64,000 bases of DNA, taken from assembly GCA_038496445.1 (NCBI GenBank), contig JALMLS010000541.1:1-64000 (forward strand), in the 5' to 3' direction. Both the position numbers and the translations under genes were made by a program. The stretch's first letter is position 1, and each line of letters opens with the position of its first letter. The DNA is from Trichosphaerium sp. ATCC 40318 (lineage: Eukaryota; Protista; Tubulinea). Below are positions 49,133 to 60,909 of the stretch, piece by piece. The notes under the pieces are model-generated. The model was not told the origin of the DNA and made no database searches. It was given only the letters and a program-made list of their open reading frames with translations.

Positions 49133-51470
49133 GTCTTTTTAATAGAAATGTACAAATATTTGAGGTTCCAAATGGTGACGATGTCGATATTGTATTTGGT
49201 AATGAAGAATTTCTCGTTGTTTACAACGAAGATGATGGACTACCTGTAGTCAAAGCGCAATTTGTTCAATTTAATACCACTGGAGGAACAGTATGTCCAA
49301 TTCTCTTTATGTGATACTAACCTGTAATTAGGGCTTAGAGCTTGGCGATAATATTGAAGTATTTAGGGGCGTTGAGGATGCAAGTCCACGTGTTGCGTAC
49401 AAACCAGGTACTTTTCTTGTTTTTTTCCGTTAATTGACCAGTACGTTTCTTTCTAGAAACAAATGTATACGGTATATACCACTAAAGACTTGATTATGAT
49501 GCAGTTTCTTTTGTAAATGGAAATGATAGAACTGTATCTGCTGGTGTTGTTTTAGGTACATGAAATAGTTCAACAACTGATTGATTTTAGATACATACCA
49601 TGGGTACTCATAACAGATACTGCAGATATCGCTTACGGTGGCCCAGATTGTAGTTGTTTTACAGTCATATATCCTGGCATTGGATATCTCATAACAGCCC
49701 ATGTCCAATCTCCAGACGTTGTAAGTCTTTTTATCTACAGTATTCAAAACCCTGTTCCAAACTTTACCAACTTAATGTAGTGGTTTGGTCCATTCAGACT
49801 TCAGACGGACCAAGATGCGTTCACTGTTCGTGTAGCATATCACCCTAGTACAAAGAGTGTAGGAACACATGCTCCAGGTTTTGACTTGGATGTGTACCCT
49901 GTCAACGTTGCATCTTCAGTATCAGTATCCAATATTAGTGCAATGCCTGCGCTAGAGTATAATGTATTTGACAGAATGGCTCAACTAAGTGGCCGTGCTG
50001 ATATAAAACCAGCAACAGATACAGAGGATGTATTCATTGCTGCTCATGCCATATATTTTGAAGATACTATAAACATCGTTGGCTTCTCTAGTAAAGGCCC
50101 GCTAAACTTTCCTTTATCATTCGGACCTGCATCAGGTGTTGGTTTGAACGCTAGACACCCAGCTATCGCTTTTGGAAGTCAAGGAAGGGACGTTATGGTA
50201 CGTTATGTTCAGTTCAAATACACCTTTTGTATTACTTAACCATCTGTTTTAACACTGTGTAGGTCGCGTTTATGCAAGATTCGGAAGTTATGTACATGAT
50301 TGACACTATTCAAGTGTTCTTTCTTAGTGACGTTCAAATAGCAAATTTGATACCACCACCAACAGATCCACCAACAGTTGCAGCTCCAACAACGTTGGCA
50401 CCAACCATTGCGCCAACTACACAAACTCCAACAACGGTTGCTCCTACAGATTCACCGGTACTTTCACCAACTACAGTAGCCCCTACAACACCAGTACCTA
50501 CAACTACAGCGCCTACAACCACAGCTCCAACTGAAGCGCCAGTTTCAGTATGTTAAGAACTCTCGCACATTCTTACAGTACTTACACTTTTGTTCTAGGT
50601 AAGACTTGCTCTTAACTTGCGTGTTGCTCTTGCTATTTCTGAAATTGAAACACAGATAAAGACTGCTTTAGAAGCAACTACTGACCTCATTCTTGAAAGT
50701 CTGAGTGACAATGCTAAGCGTCAAGTTACTACTGAAGTGTTTGCTACAATATCTTCCAGTGTAGCTTCAAATAATCTTGAAGCATCTCTTTGTAATGAAA
50801 CAGTGCTTGCTGCTATGTCTGCGGTAATGCCAGATATCACTATCACTTCTTGTGGTGATGTTGTACCGACTACTGTAGCGCCAACTACAGCACCACCAAC
50901 AGGATCTAGGTCTATCGTTGGTACACCAGAAGGAAGTAGTGATCTTACTTGGGTTATTATAATTGTGGGTACGTAATCTTGAACTGCAAGTCTCAAGCTC
51001 CTTTTCGTTTGGTTTTCGTTGCTTATACTTTACGTCTAGTTGTCATTGCATTGGTTATCATAGCAGCACTGGTTGGTTATATTGTATACATAAAGCATTT
51101 TGAAGGTGATGACAATGATAGCAGTGATCCTAGAGGAGGAAAGGATGTTGAAATGGCAGTTGCTTCACCTGTTGCTCCTAATAACAGCGATGATAGCGAT
51201 AGTTCTTCTGAAGAAGAGCAAGAAGAATCACAAGAATCACCTGCTAAGTCCAAGTCTCCTCGCACTTTAGAAGAAACTCTGAGTGAAGACTATGATAACA
51301 TGTCTGAACAGGATCAAAATGATGAAGAATCAGATGAAGAAAGCGATGAAAGCGTAGAATCTGACGATGGAGAAGATACCGAATGTGAAGAAGAAGGTGA
51401 AGAAGAAGAAAGTGAGGAAGAGGAATCTAGTGACTATGAAGAAAGTGACAAAGATTATGCCTCTGAATAG
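49133..51470 (+). CDS. Mucin-like type I membrane protein (TTxAPT repeats, TM, very acidic cytoplasmic tail); first exon not resolved
   Basis: Open exons from 49133; Pro/Thr repeats 50350-50545 and ~50860-50900; TM WVIIIV|VVIALVIIAALVGYIV; D/E-rich tail to TAG at 51470. Confidence 0.7.
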
Positions 51471-51740
51471 TTGCAGAAGAAAATGAAAGAAAAAATCTAC
51501 TCTTGTACAACATTAAACATATATTTATTGGAGAACCATCTTCTTTGTATTTTGTATTTTGATTTTCGCGAAATGAACCACGTGGTTTGACTCATTGTAT
51601 TTTCATCTTCGCAGGTTTTGTTGCCTTGTAAATCCTTCACGTGTATTATCACGTGATAATTCAGTCAATCTAGTTCAATTGCGATCCTACTCTTTGGGTA
51701 TTGAGACTACAAGTGCTTTTAGAGTAAATAACCGATAAAT

Positions 51741-53231
51741 ATGGACCGCCATGCAGCACTCTTTGATGTTATACCGATTGAAATCATTGTTACAATCCTT
51801 CACTTTGTTTCAGCTTTAACTATGCATTCAGTTGTGCGTACTTCAAAACTGCTTGAGAATATCGCTTTTAAACACTTGGGATATGTAAATAACAAAACAG
51901 ACATAGTTATTGATAATGAGAGAAGGCTACGACAGTTGTTTGAAACAGCACCACAGCTTATCAAGTCAAAAAATATTATTATTCAATACCCAATTAAACA
52001 AAGACATTTAAAGTACCTCAACGGAGCATACTCTCTAGAATTTAAAAAAATGGGAACCCTTAACTTTAAGGACTTTAAAATCGTTCACAGTGTTAGCTTT
52101 CCGTATTGTGGATATGTTGATGATACTCATCTACAACACCTTGCTGGAATACCTAAAGTTCTTTTATGTGGATGTGTACGAATTACAGATGATGGTATCA
52201 GAGCGTTGTCTGGTGTACACACAATAAACTTATGGCATAATACAAAGGTAACAGATGAAGGTATTAAAGCCTTGGTTGGAGCTCATACAATTGATCTTTC
52301 TTTCACCAATGTTACGGATGATAGTATAAAAGAATTTGCAGGCGTTCACTGTATACACTTGAAAGGTTGTACACGAATATCAGATGATGGTATCATAGCT
52401 CTAGCTGGTGTGCATACAATAGATTTAGGTCAGTGTAGACAATTGACAGATGAAAGTGTTAAGGCATTGGCAGGTGTTCATACCATCAATCTTGAGAGAA
52501 CTCTGATTTCAGATAATGGTATTAAAGCTTTGGCTGGTGTACACAATATTGATCTAAGAGTTTGTAGCCGTGTTACAGATATGGGTGTCAAGGCGTTGGC
52601 AGGTGTGCATACAATAAACTTGGGCTATTGCAAAGGGGTTACAGATGAAGGCATCTCAGCTTTATCTGGCGTTCACACAATTAATCTTTCAGAATCACAA
52701 GTAACAGATGAGGGTGTCAAATCGTTGGCAGGTGTGCACACAATCAAGTTGTGCAACTGCCGCGTGACGGATAGTGGTATCAAAGCATTGGCAGGAGTAC
52801 ATAAAATAAACTTAAGCTATTGTACAGGTGTCACAGATGATGGTTTTAAGGCATTGGTTGGAGTACATACTATTAATCTTACCGGTACTACAATAACAGA
52901 TAAAGGTGTTAAAGCGTTGGCTGGTGTTTATTCAATTAATCTCAGGAACACAATTGTTACTGATGATGGAATTAAAGCATTGGCTGGTGTACATACAATC
53001 AACTTGAGTTATTGTAAGGGTGTTACAGACGAAGGTGTTCAAGCTCTATGTGGTGTTTGCATTATTAATCTACAGAACACAATTGTTTCAGATTTAGGCA
53101 TTAGAGCGTTGGCTGGTGCTCGTATAGTTGATGTGCAAGGTTGTGCATTTATTACAAAGGAAGGAGCCAAAGAGCTTGAGAGATCTCATAAAGGATACGG
53201 ACGCATTTCTGTTAAAAGATCGAATGATTAG
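51741..53231 (+). CDS. Intronless F-box + ~16 short LRRs (GVHTINL family)
   Basis: LFDVIPIEIIVTILHFV (F-box-like); tandem 21/22-aa repeats GVHTINLxx(C)xxVTDEGIKALA. Confidence 0.88.
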   Translation: MDRHAALFDVIPIEIIVTILHFVSALTMHSVVRTSKLLENIAFKHLGYVNNKTDIVIDNERRLRQLFETAPQLIKSKNIIIQYPIKQRHLKYLNGAYSLEFKKMGTLNFKDFKIVHSVSFPYCGYVDDTHLQHLAGIPKVLLCGCVRITDDGIRALSGVHTINLWHNTKVTDEGIKALVGAHTIDLSFTNVTDDSIKEFAGVHCIHLKGCTRISDDGIIALAGVHTIDLGQCRQLTDESVKALAGVHTINLERTLISDNGIKALAGVHNIDLRVCSRVTDMGVKALAGVHTINLGYCKGVTDEGISALSGVHTINLSESQVTDEGVKSLAGVHTIKLCNCRVTDSGIKALAGVHKINLSYCTGVTDDGFKALVGVHTINLTGTTITDKGVKALAGVYSINLRNTIVTDDGIKALAGVHTINLSYCKGVTDEGVQALCGVCIINLQNTIVSDLGIRALAGARIVDVQGCAFITKEGAKELERSHKGYGRISVKRSND

Positions 53232-54039
53232 AACTATAGTACAAAAAATATTCCAATATTTCGCTTGAGACCCTATGTCAGCTAATAGGCTGTAGAAATA
53301 TTGAATACTTTCAGTTTTAATACCACTGAGTCATTACTTGTTTTAGTTAGACGAAAAGATAAAAGAGATCCAAGTTTAGATTGCTTTTTGCTTTTGATTT
53401 ATATTTAGGTTAGGATGCCTTTTTTCGGCTTTTTAGCCAACAATTTCCAATTTAGATGACGACTTTCGATTATATTGTAATGCTATCATACAAAACAATG
53501 GAAAAATATCAGACCTGTCTTGAAGCAATGTTGTCGCACGTGAATTGCGAAAAAAAAAAAGAAAGGTGATAGCGCAGCACGTTTGGGTTCATCGTTCCTC
53601 GGCTGAGGAAGATGTGATGGCGAGCCAGCACATGAGGTGACGTATGTCAACCAGATGTGTGGGATGGTACGAAGTACGAGTATAATTGTGGGTAAACGCA
53701 TATCTAAGTGTAGTATCTGCTCTGAACAAGATTGTTGTTATGGGATTTGAAAAAAGAACTGATGGAGTATGTGATGAAACGTGTTTGCTGTGCACCCTGA
53801 TATTCAACATTTGTATACTATTTTTTATACCATCTTCTTGTCTGTAGAAAAAAAATTGTGGTTTGTAAAAAAATGAGGGATAAATGTATAAAAGAACTGT
53901 AAGGGTTTATTGCAACATTTGATTAATAATACTTCATCTTCAGTGAATAGAAAACGCAAAGAATTTGTTTACTGGTAAATCCATTATTGCTTACACTAAG
54001 TATTCCGAAGAAGACTACTACACTGAAACCTGGAATACC

Positions 54040-54360
54040 TTTGTGTAGTGTTGAAGCGGAAGATGTGGTGTTTGTAGGTATAATGTGCAGCTAGAGTTGG
54101 TGAACTTGTTTGTACAATTGGCATTGAAGGAGATGTAGGAGCAGTAGGTGCTATTGTAGTTGGAGCGTTTGGATCTGAAGTAGACCCAGCGTAGTTGCAG
54201 CAACAGGAGAAACAGGCATTGTAGGTGTTACTGTAGTTGGTGAGGCGTTGTTGTTGGAGAACTGCCGCTTGGAGGTAGTGTCTTTGGGGTAGTGTGTCGG
54301 AGATACCGTTGTTGGAGGCGCTACACCGCACGCATGATCGAACGGAATATTGCTACACAA
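54040..54360 (-). pseudogene. Frameshifted Pro/Thr mucin-like gene remnant
   Basis: CGVAPPTTVSPT...APTTIAPT split across frames; ~65 bp shared with 56374-56440. Confidence 0.5.
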
Positions 54361-54839
54361 ACAAACTTGTAAGTAGTTGATTGTTGAAAAAAAACAACCC
54401 ACCCGAGTACAACGTCCAGCTGTTTATCAAATGATGCACCAGATCCACTGCAGTAGAAGTTATATTACCTGTAACATTAGTCACGTTTGCTGCTTCATTT
54501 ATGTATCCAAAGATGTAAATGAAGCTTCAAGTGGAATTGAAGTGTCAGGAGCAACTACAAGCGTGGTTCTCGCTGGTACTATTTGTAGTACCTCAGATTT
54601 TAGGTTAAGGGATGTGAGAATCCAGCACTGCTTCGGACAATTACAAATACCTCTCCTGGATTTATTGTTCTACCACAAATGAAAGCTTAGCTTTCTGTAC
54701 GTTATGCAATCCACTTCTCATCTTGTTTTTCAGCAACACAACGTTGAGTTATATTTCTGAAAAAAATCAGATCTGATGGGTTCTTTTGTTAACAATGCTA
54801 CTGTAAAATAGTTGTATAAATTGTTTAAAGGTTTCTTTA

Positions 54840-56100
54840 TTAGTATGATAGCTCAATCGGCATCAGTTGCCTTGTTACTATAGTCATATCTACTATGTGG
54901 ACATTTTTTCCATCGATTGGTAAACCATCACAGTAACAAGCGTACACACATGTAGATAAGAGATTCAACACGCCTTCTGATGTAATTCCTTGTAATCTGT
55001 ACAGATAAAGCTGTTTGACATTAACAAGACATTTTATACTTTCATCTGTTATCTGCTGCATATAGGCTAGTACTAATGTATTGACATTGAGTAGGTATTT
55101 TATACCATCGTTTGTAATCTGTGAACATCCAGTGAGATTCACGTGATGACTTGTTGATAGTGATTTTAGACCTTCATCTGTCACGTGATCATTTTTAAAC
55201 AAAGTAACAGTGTGTACACCAGATAGGGCTTTGATTGCTTCGTCACCCACACTTACATGTATAAATATAATAGAATGTATACCAGCCAGATGTGATAAAG
55301 TTACATAATTGATAGAGTCGTGGATTTGTTGTAGTGCTAAAGATTTTATCCTAGCGAGTGCTTTTATACCTTCATTTGAAACATGTGAAATGTGTACTCT
55401 TTTGACACCTTTTAGGTGCTTTAATCCAACATCACTCAATGCCAAACTCGTTAATATGATAGTATGAACATCTTTCAACCATTTCAAACCTTCATCTGTT
55501 ACTGATGTTTGAGACAAGTTAATTGAGTGAACACCAGAAAGCGATTTCATTGACTCGTCAGTAACTTTTTTACAACCACTAAGATTGATTGTATGTACAC
55601 CGCTGAGGGCCTTCACAACTTGATCAGTCACGATGTCGCTCAACCAACTTATATCTATACTATGTACACCAGCAAGAGCGGATAAGTCTGACGAGGTGAG
55701 GTCAACAGGATGGATAAAAATCAAGCGTTTGGCTCCTATTAGTTTTGACACCATTGTTCTGGTTGCGCTCATTATGGTGAGTTTTGTGTTGGTTAGAACG
55801 CCTGGGTATTTAGATATTGACAAACACGCTTCGAAAGAGTCCACTTTGATAGAAGTATACCCCAAGAAGTTATGGATGATTGATGCGAATAACCAACACG
55901 TTTGTGCTGCTTGAAACCTTGATTTATCTAAAAACGATAGTACTGTTCCCAGTATTTCGTTAGGAAGACCAACAAGCTCTCTAAATATGCATAAATAAGT
56001 TTTAAATAGATTTAAGAGCAAGTTATTAAAAATCCTCGTACAATGTACGTGAGCGTTCAATGCTGTCTGATTTTGTAATTTCTTTGGAAGAAGGGTCCAT
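54840..56100 (-). CDS. F-box + short-LRR protein (GVHTINL family), one 5' intron
   Basis: MDPSSKEITKSDSIERSRT|LELVGLPNEILGTVLSFL...AAQTC; GVHSIDI/GVHTINL/GVHSINL repeats. Confidence 0.82.
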
Positions 56101-56369
56101 TTCAGACTACGTATTTTTGTTGTGAAAAAAGTTTGGCACGTGACAGAAACGGCGATCCAAAAAAAGCAAAAAACCCACAAAATGCGCTTTGCAGCCAAGT
56201 GTACCGAAAGCGCCAACCATTACAAGCGTATTCAAACAGTTTAACCATTCATGAAAGATGGTAGAAGAAAAAAAGCGCTACGCAGTTGGTACGGTTTATA
56301 ATACCGCTGTTGTCTACTCCACGCGTAGAAATACTCTTTAGAGGCACTTACGCATAAAATCGTGAATTT

Positions 56370-56630
56370 TTTCGTGTTGAAGCAGAAGATGTGTTATTTG
56401 TACGTGTAACAGGTGCAGCTAGAGTTGGTGCACTTGTTTGGAGCTTCTGTTGTTGGTGAGCTTGTAGTTGGCGTTGGTGACGCTGTTGTAGGCGGATTTG
56501 TCATTGGAGAACCTGTTGTAGGAGGATTTGTAGGAGCTACTGTTGTTGGAGGTGTAAAACCACATAAGAAAGTTTGATAGGGTCATGGCATCGATCTGTG
56601 GTGGTGGTGCGAGGTTGCGATACCGAACCT
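56370..56630 (-). pseudogene. Second Pro/Thr mucin-like remnant
   Basis: CGFTPPTTVAPTNPPTTGSP...; homologous to 54048-54111. Confidence 0.5.
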
Positions 56631-56963
56631 GTTGAAAATCAAAAAAGCAGTCACGTTACAAAACTTGTCACGAAAAGTCAGCGTTTTTGTATAAGAACAT
56701 AGCCACTCGAGCTATATAAAGTATCAATAGTAGCAAGTGTATTGAAAGCGTTGATTAAGTACAAAGATAGTGAAAAGGCGACAAATCAGAAAAGAGGTTC
56801 GCTGATCAAGCCAAAGACCAATAGTTGGTGTCCTCTGTTGTCACGTGCCAAATTATGCTTTTTTGAAGATGTGTCGAAGATATTCTTTTTGTTTCTTTTA
56901 TCGTTAGCTCGCTGAACGCCTAGCTACTTTTGAAGCTGCCAAAGAAGACTGATGGTCTTTTTG

Positions 56964-57022
56964 TTTTCGAACATTTTTTCGAACAGTTTTTTGACCGGTT
57001 TTTTCGACCGGTTTTTCGAACA
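56964..57022. repeat. Five-unit TTTT(C)GA(AC/CC) tandem array
   Basis: ttttcgaaca ttttttcgaaca gttttttgaccg gttttttcgaccg gtttttcgaaca. Confidence 0.7.
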
Positions 57023-57182
57023 AGACTACAGTTAGAAATACACGTTTACACTTTTATTGTTGACACTAGTATAAGCCTAACTGTGTATTATCTGTATACT
57101 GTGTATAAGCTGGATCTGTTAGGTCTATTAATGAACCGTCTGCGTTCTAGTAAAACATTAAGTGAATGAAAAAGAATATTTT

Positions 57183-58238
57183 TCAACTTACGTATTGTGG
57201 AAGAAGAAACAATTCATCCATGCCTTGATTACCTGACCAGAATTGTTGATCCTCAAAAAGTTGCTCATCACATTCCATAGGCGTAAAGTATTCGCTTGGT
57301 TGTGCGAAGTGTTGTACTTTGCAGTCCGTGTTGTATTGCTTAATGTGTCTGTATGTGCCTTGGCATGATTGCACAGAGTGTTGTGCATAGCATGCTTTGT
57401 TGTCTTGTTCATTCTCAAGTTCATCATCGCAATCCATGGGAGTGAAACAAATTTGTGGTTCTGAACATGTAACTGGGATTTCATGCAATTTCTCGCTCCT
57501 CTTTTTTCGGGCTTCGCTTCTCGCATGTTTTCCTCTGTGAATAACCGTAATATCACACCTGAGAACAGTTTCCCCCGTTTTATAGTTTTTCAGCTCCAAA
57601 GCGTGACTGACAAAACATGTTAGAAATAGTTTTGGCTTTGAGATGCCGTGCTTGCCTTCCTTTTGCTTTATTGTTAAATCTGCCTTTAAGCACGACTTCA
57701 ACAAATCTATTATCACAACAAGGCGTGGTCTCCATGACAATACGCCACGATTTTTCCAAGGACTCGAACTCTACAACGTTGCTGCTGCGAGATATTACGA
57801 TAGAACTATTTATTATTAGCCACATCTTTGTAGATAAGTTTGTAGCGTACTTGTGCTTCGCCCATTGGCCAAAATCATTGATATAGCTCATTTTTAAAGT
57901 AAGGGTTTGTTTAAGTACTTGTTGAGTAAGTTTAAAGCCCTTTTCATTGGTTCCTCTATTGCCTACAAACCTTGCAAGCTTGATACCATTTACATCTTTT
58001 CTAACGATTGATTGAGCGTTCCAAGTTGAGGAACCTATATACTGAGCGTTCACGTGACCTACACATCTTTAGAATTGGCTTTTACGGTTGAATAGAGATA
58101 CTGGAAGACTTTTTCAGTTTTTCCGTTGAAATACTGAAAGAAAAACGTACCATAAGTGTTGAGCGCTGTAGAGTTTATATTGGAGTATGATGTATTTGTT
58201 GGGTATCCAGGTTGTTGTTGTATTAGGAAGCTGGTCAT
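57183..58238 (-). CDS. Hypothetical protein (Gln-rich N-terminus, beta-rich Cys/His core, basic NLS-like stretch) with an apparent frameshift near 57680
   Basis: Exon MTSFLIQQQ...TY splices to G|HVNAQ; ORFs 57580-58053 and 57183-57740 overlap in different frames; EARKKRSEK. Confidence 0.5.
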
Positions 58239-59259
58239 TGTTGGTTTAGTTAGTTGTTGTAAGCGTCTATTACACCTTTTCAGGAGTTGTTGCTGATGTA
58301 GTTTGGAGGGTATAGAAGTGATAGATGACGGGATGTGTACACAAATTTACCAAATTTTTTAGCTAAAACAGTCGACAGTACCCGAATCTTGTAAAGATAA
58401 ATGAATTTAAAGTGAAAGAAGAAACTCTATTGGAACAACCTTTCAACAGTATTAAGATTTCGAAATCGCACAAGACAAAATTTCGAACAAAACTTTCCCA
58501 AAGTGTGAGTTTTGCACATGTCAAATCTTTAGAAAATTCTGTTTTTTGTAATAGTATCTAGTAGGGAGGTACTATATTAAAATAAAGGTACTCACAGCAA
58601 TTCTGTCTGATTTTTTCGAACAAAGTTGTTCGAAAGATAACATCACATGTAGACCCCAACAAAAGTTCCCCCGGAATGGGTTCGTGACAGTCATTTCACT
58701 TTGTGTTTAAATAGGAACTAAGCGAGAAATTTCCAAAAAAATTGGAATGCAAAACTATTTAAACAGTTTTCAGTGAACAATTTGTAACTGTTACTTTTTT
58801 ACCGTAAAAAAGCTCTTCACACTGTTACTTTTCTTAACATAATGTACCTGACTTACTCATAGCGACATGTACTTCAAAAGAAAACTGAATGATATTTTGC
58901 TGAAAAATCAGCGAGTTTTCATCCTAACATAAGAGAGTTGACGAAACGTGTCTTAGAACGACGTTAACGTTTTTCTCACCGCCAACTTTGCAAAAACGTA
59001 AATCTTGTAAAAAAGGAAATTGAAGCTGCTACTAGAGGCCCTCTCATGCCCTTGGTTACCTTTTTCATCCACTGCAGTGGGTTGTATGCAATCTATGCGC
59101 AAGCAAGGTAACGTTGTTGTGGTTTCTTACGCATTAAAAACACTAAATACACTTGGCTTCTTGTGTTGTTTATTAGTGTTTCAAATAAAGATGTTAAAAA
59201 AAAGTATCAGATTTTTAATAAGTTTTGTTCTACAGTGCGGCGTGGCCAATTCACCAATT

Positions 59260-60770
59260 AATTTTTGAATAACCATATCTTGAATCCATTTTTGCCATGA
59301 CCCAACCAGGCGCAAGAATTAATGTTATGAGTAACCTAATATACATTAAACACAGTCACAATGCTTAGATGTTTTAGTACCATATCCCATTGGATAGTGA
59401 AAGCGCTAGGATGAATGTCCTGTGCCATGATTGAAAAACTTCTGAAGGGCTGTTCCAGTATATTATAGGTGCATTTGATACAGCAACAAGGTCGCTGTAT
59501 CTTCTTTCTGCATCATGTACAGCTGATTCAGCATTTCTCTTTCTGCTTGGCTCAATTCTTACACCAGAACCGATTGGTTCATGCCATTTCTTCATACACT
59601 TGTGTTTGTATAAATTATAATGACATGATCTACTACCTTAAACGTATATAAGATAAGGGCAGTATAATCTAAAACCTACCAACAGAGCAGTATGCCCAGA
59701 CACTGGCCAAAACAATCTATAAAAAAGTTACATTAGTTTTTTGTTTCTAATGGAATCACATGCATCAGAGTCATTTTTTGAAGAACGAACAGGTGCCACA
59801 CAGTAGTAGGAATACGTTGTAGTCGTACTACCGTCATCGTCGTCATGGCTGTACGTTATAACCTAGGTTTAAAGAAAATAAGTAAGGTAACTGATTTTTT
59901 CGCTTACAAGCTTTTCACCCATGTAATTAGAGTCCACAAACGGTGAGTCTGAGAAGTAAAATACGTCCCAATTTTCGTACGGAGCCTAAATTAGATTTTA
60001 CGAAATATTACAAGCAACGAAACTACGTGATATTAAGTGAACAATCCTAAAAAGTTACTACCATTCTTTTTTTTTTGAGAAAAACCGAAAACCGACCCGA
60101 AAACTTCTGTATGTGACAACATAACGTACATCTTCGACTGTAGCATTTAGAGACATGTTTTTACTGTAGTTTATAATCAAATGATGATAGTATGAGGAGA
60201 ACCCTAATCGCTTTGTTAAACTAAAATGGATGTGAATTGAACTGAGTTATGTGCTAACCTACGCCTATTGCTATTGATATAGCTCCTGCCATGAACATGA
60301 TACCAGTTGATAGTACCCATTTACCAGATATCCACCAACTATTGAATTAGTACAAGCAACAACAATTAACGACAGATTTTTTTCAATCCAAAAAATTGCG
60401 TCCAACTCTCTTTTTGAGTAGGGCGGGCGGTTGCGTACATTACGAAATTGCCTAAAATTATCAAACCTCCTAGCACGCATACAAACGCAATTAGACCCGC
60501 TATGGAGCGTAAGCATAGTTTTTTCACAGTCAACGCGTATGTTACGCACCTGTAGACACTCCACCCAAAAAGAAACCCAAATTGATAGACAACGTTACCA
60601 ATAGGAGCTACGTAATGTCAGAGTGATATAATCTAAGACTAAGCAATGTACAGGGCCCTGGATAATGATAGAAGACTCCTCGTCTCCCATCCAAATCATT
60701 GATACGCTGGAGTACGTATCCTTTAAGAAACCCATCTCTCGCAGGTTTTGTGGTGATTCCTACGCGAAAA
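59260..60770 (-). CDS. Hypothetical multi-exon membrane protein (YYCVAPV...VWA motif); possibly disrupted
   Basis: Hydrophobic segments plus exons SYYCVAPV, VWAYC, AVHDAERRYSDL...PIIYWNSP. A continuous frame could not be assembled by eye. Confidence 0.4.
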
Positions 60771-60909
60771 TAGCCAAACTGGAAAGTTGACTTTTTTTAA
60801 TTTCATGAAAAGCTCTAAGCCAAGTTTTACTTTTCAAGTAGTTTTCAGTGGTGGGCCTCTATGGCCAGCAACCGTATACAACTACAAAGAGAAAGGTAAA
60901 AATGATCTA

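Noticed and set aside
52150-53130. Regular 63-66-bp repeats as a CRISPR-like or DGR array
   Set aside because: They are in-frame LRR codons with synonymous variation; no invariant DNA repeat, no template/variable repeat pair and no cas or DGR-type RT.
53591-53723. U2 snRNA-like words: AAGTGTAGTATCTG at ~53706 and ATCGTTCCTCGGC at 53591
   Set aside because: The pieces are ~115 nt apart, no splice joins them into U2 stem I, and stems IIa/IIb and a downstream Sm site are missing. An Infernal U2 search would settle it.
56101-56216. Signal-peptide-like N-terminus of ORF 54840-56216
   Set aside because: It starts at TTG and reads through an intron; the spliced ATG at 56100 fits the cytosolic F-box paralogs better.
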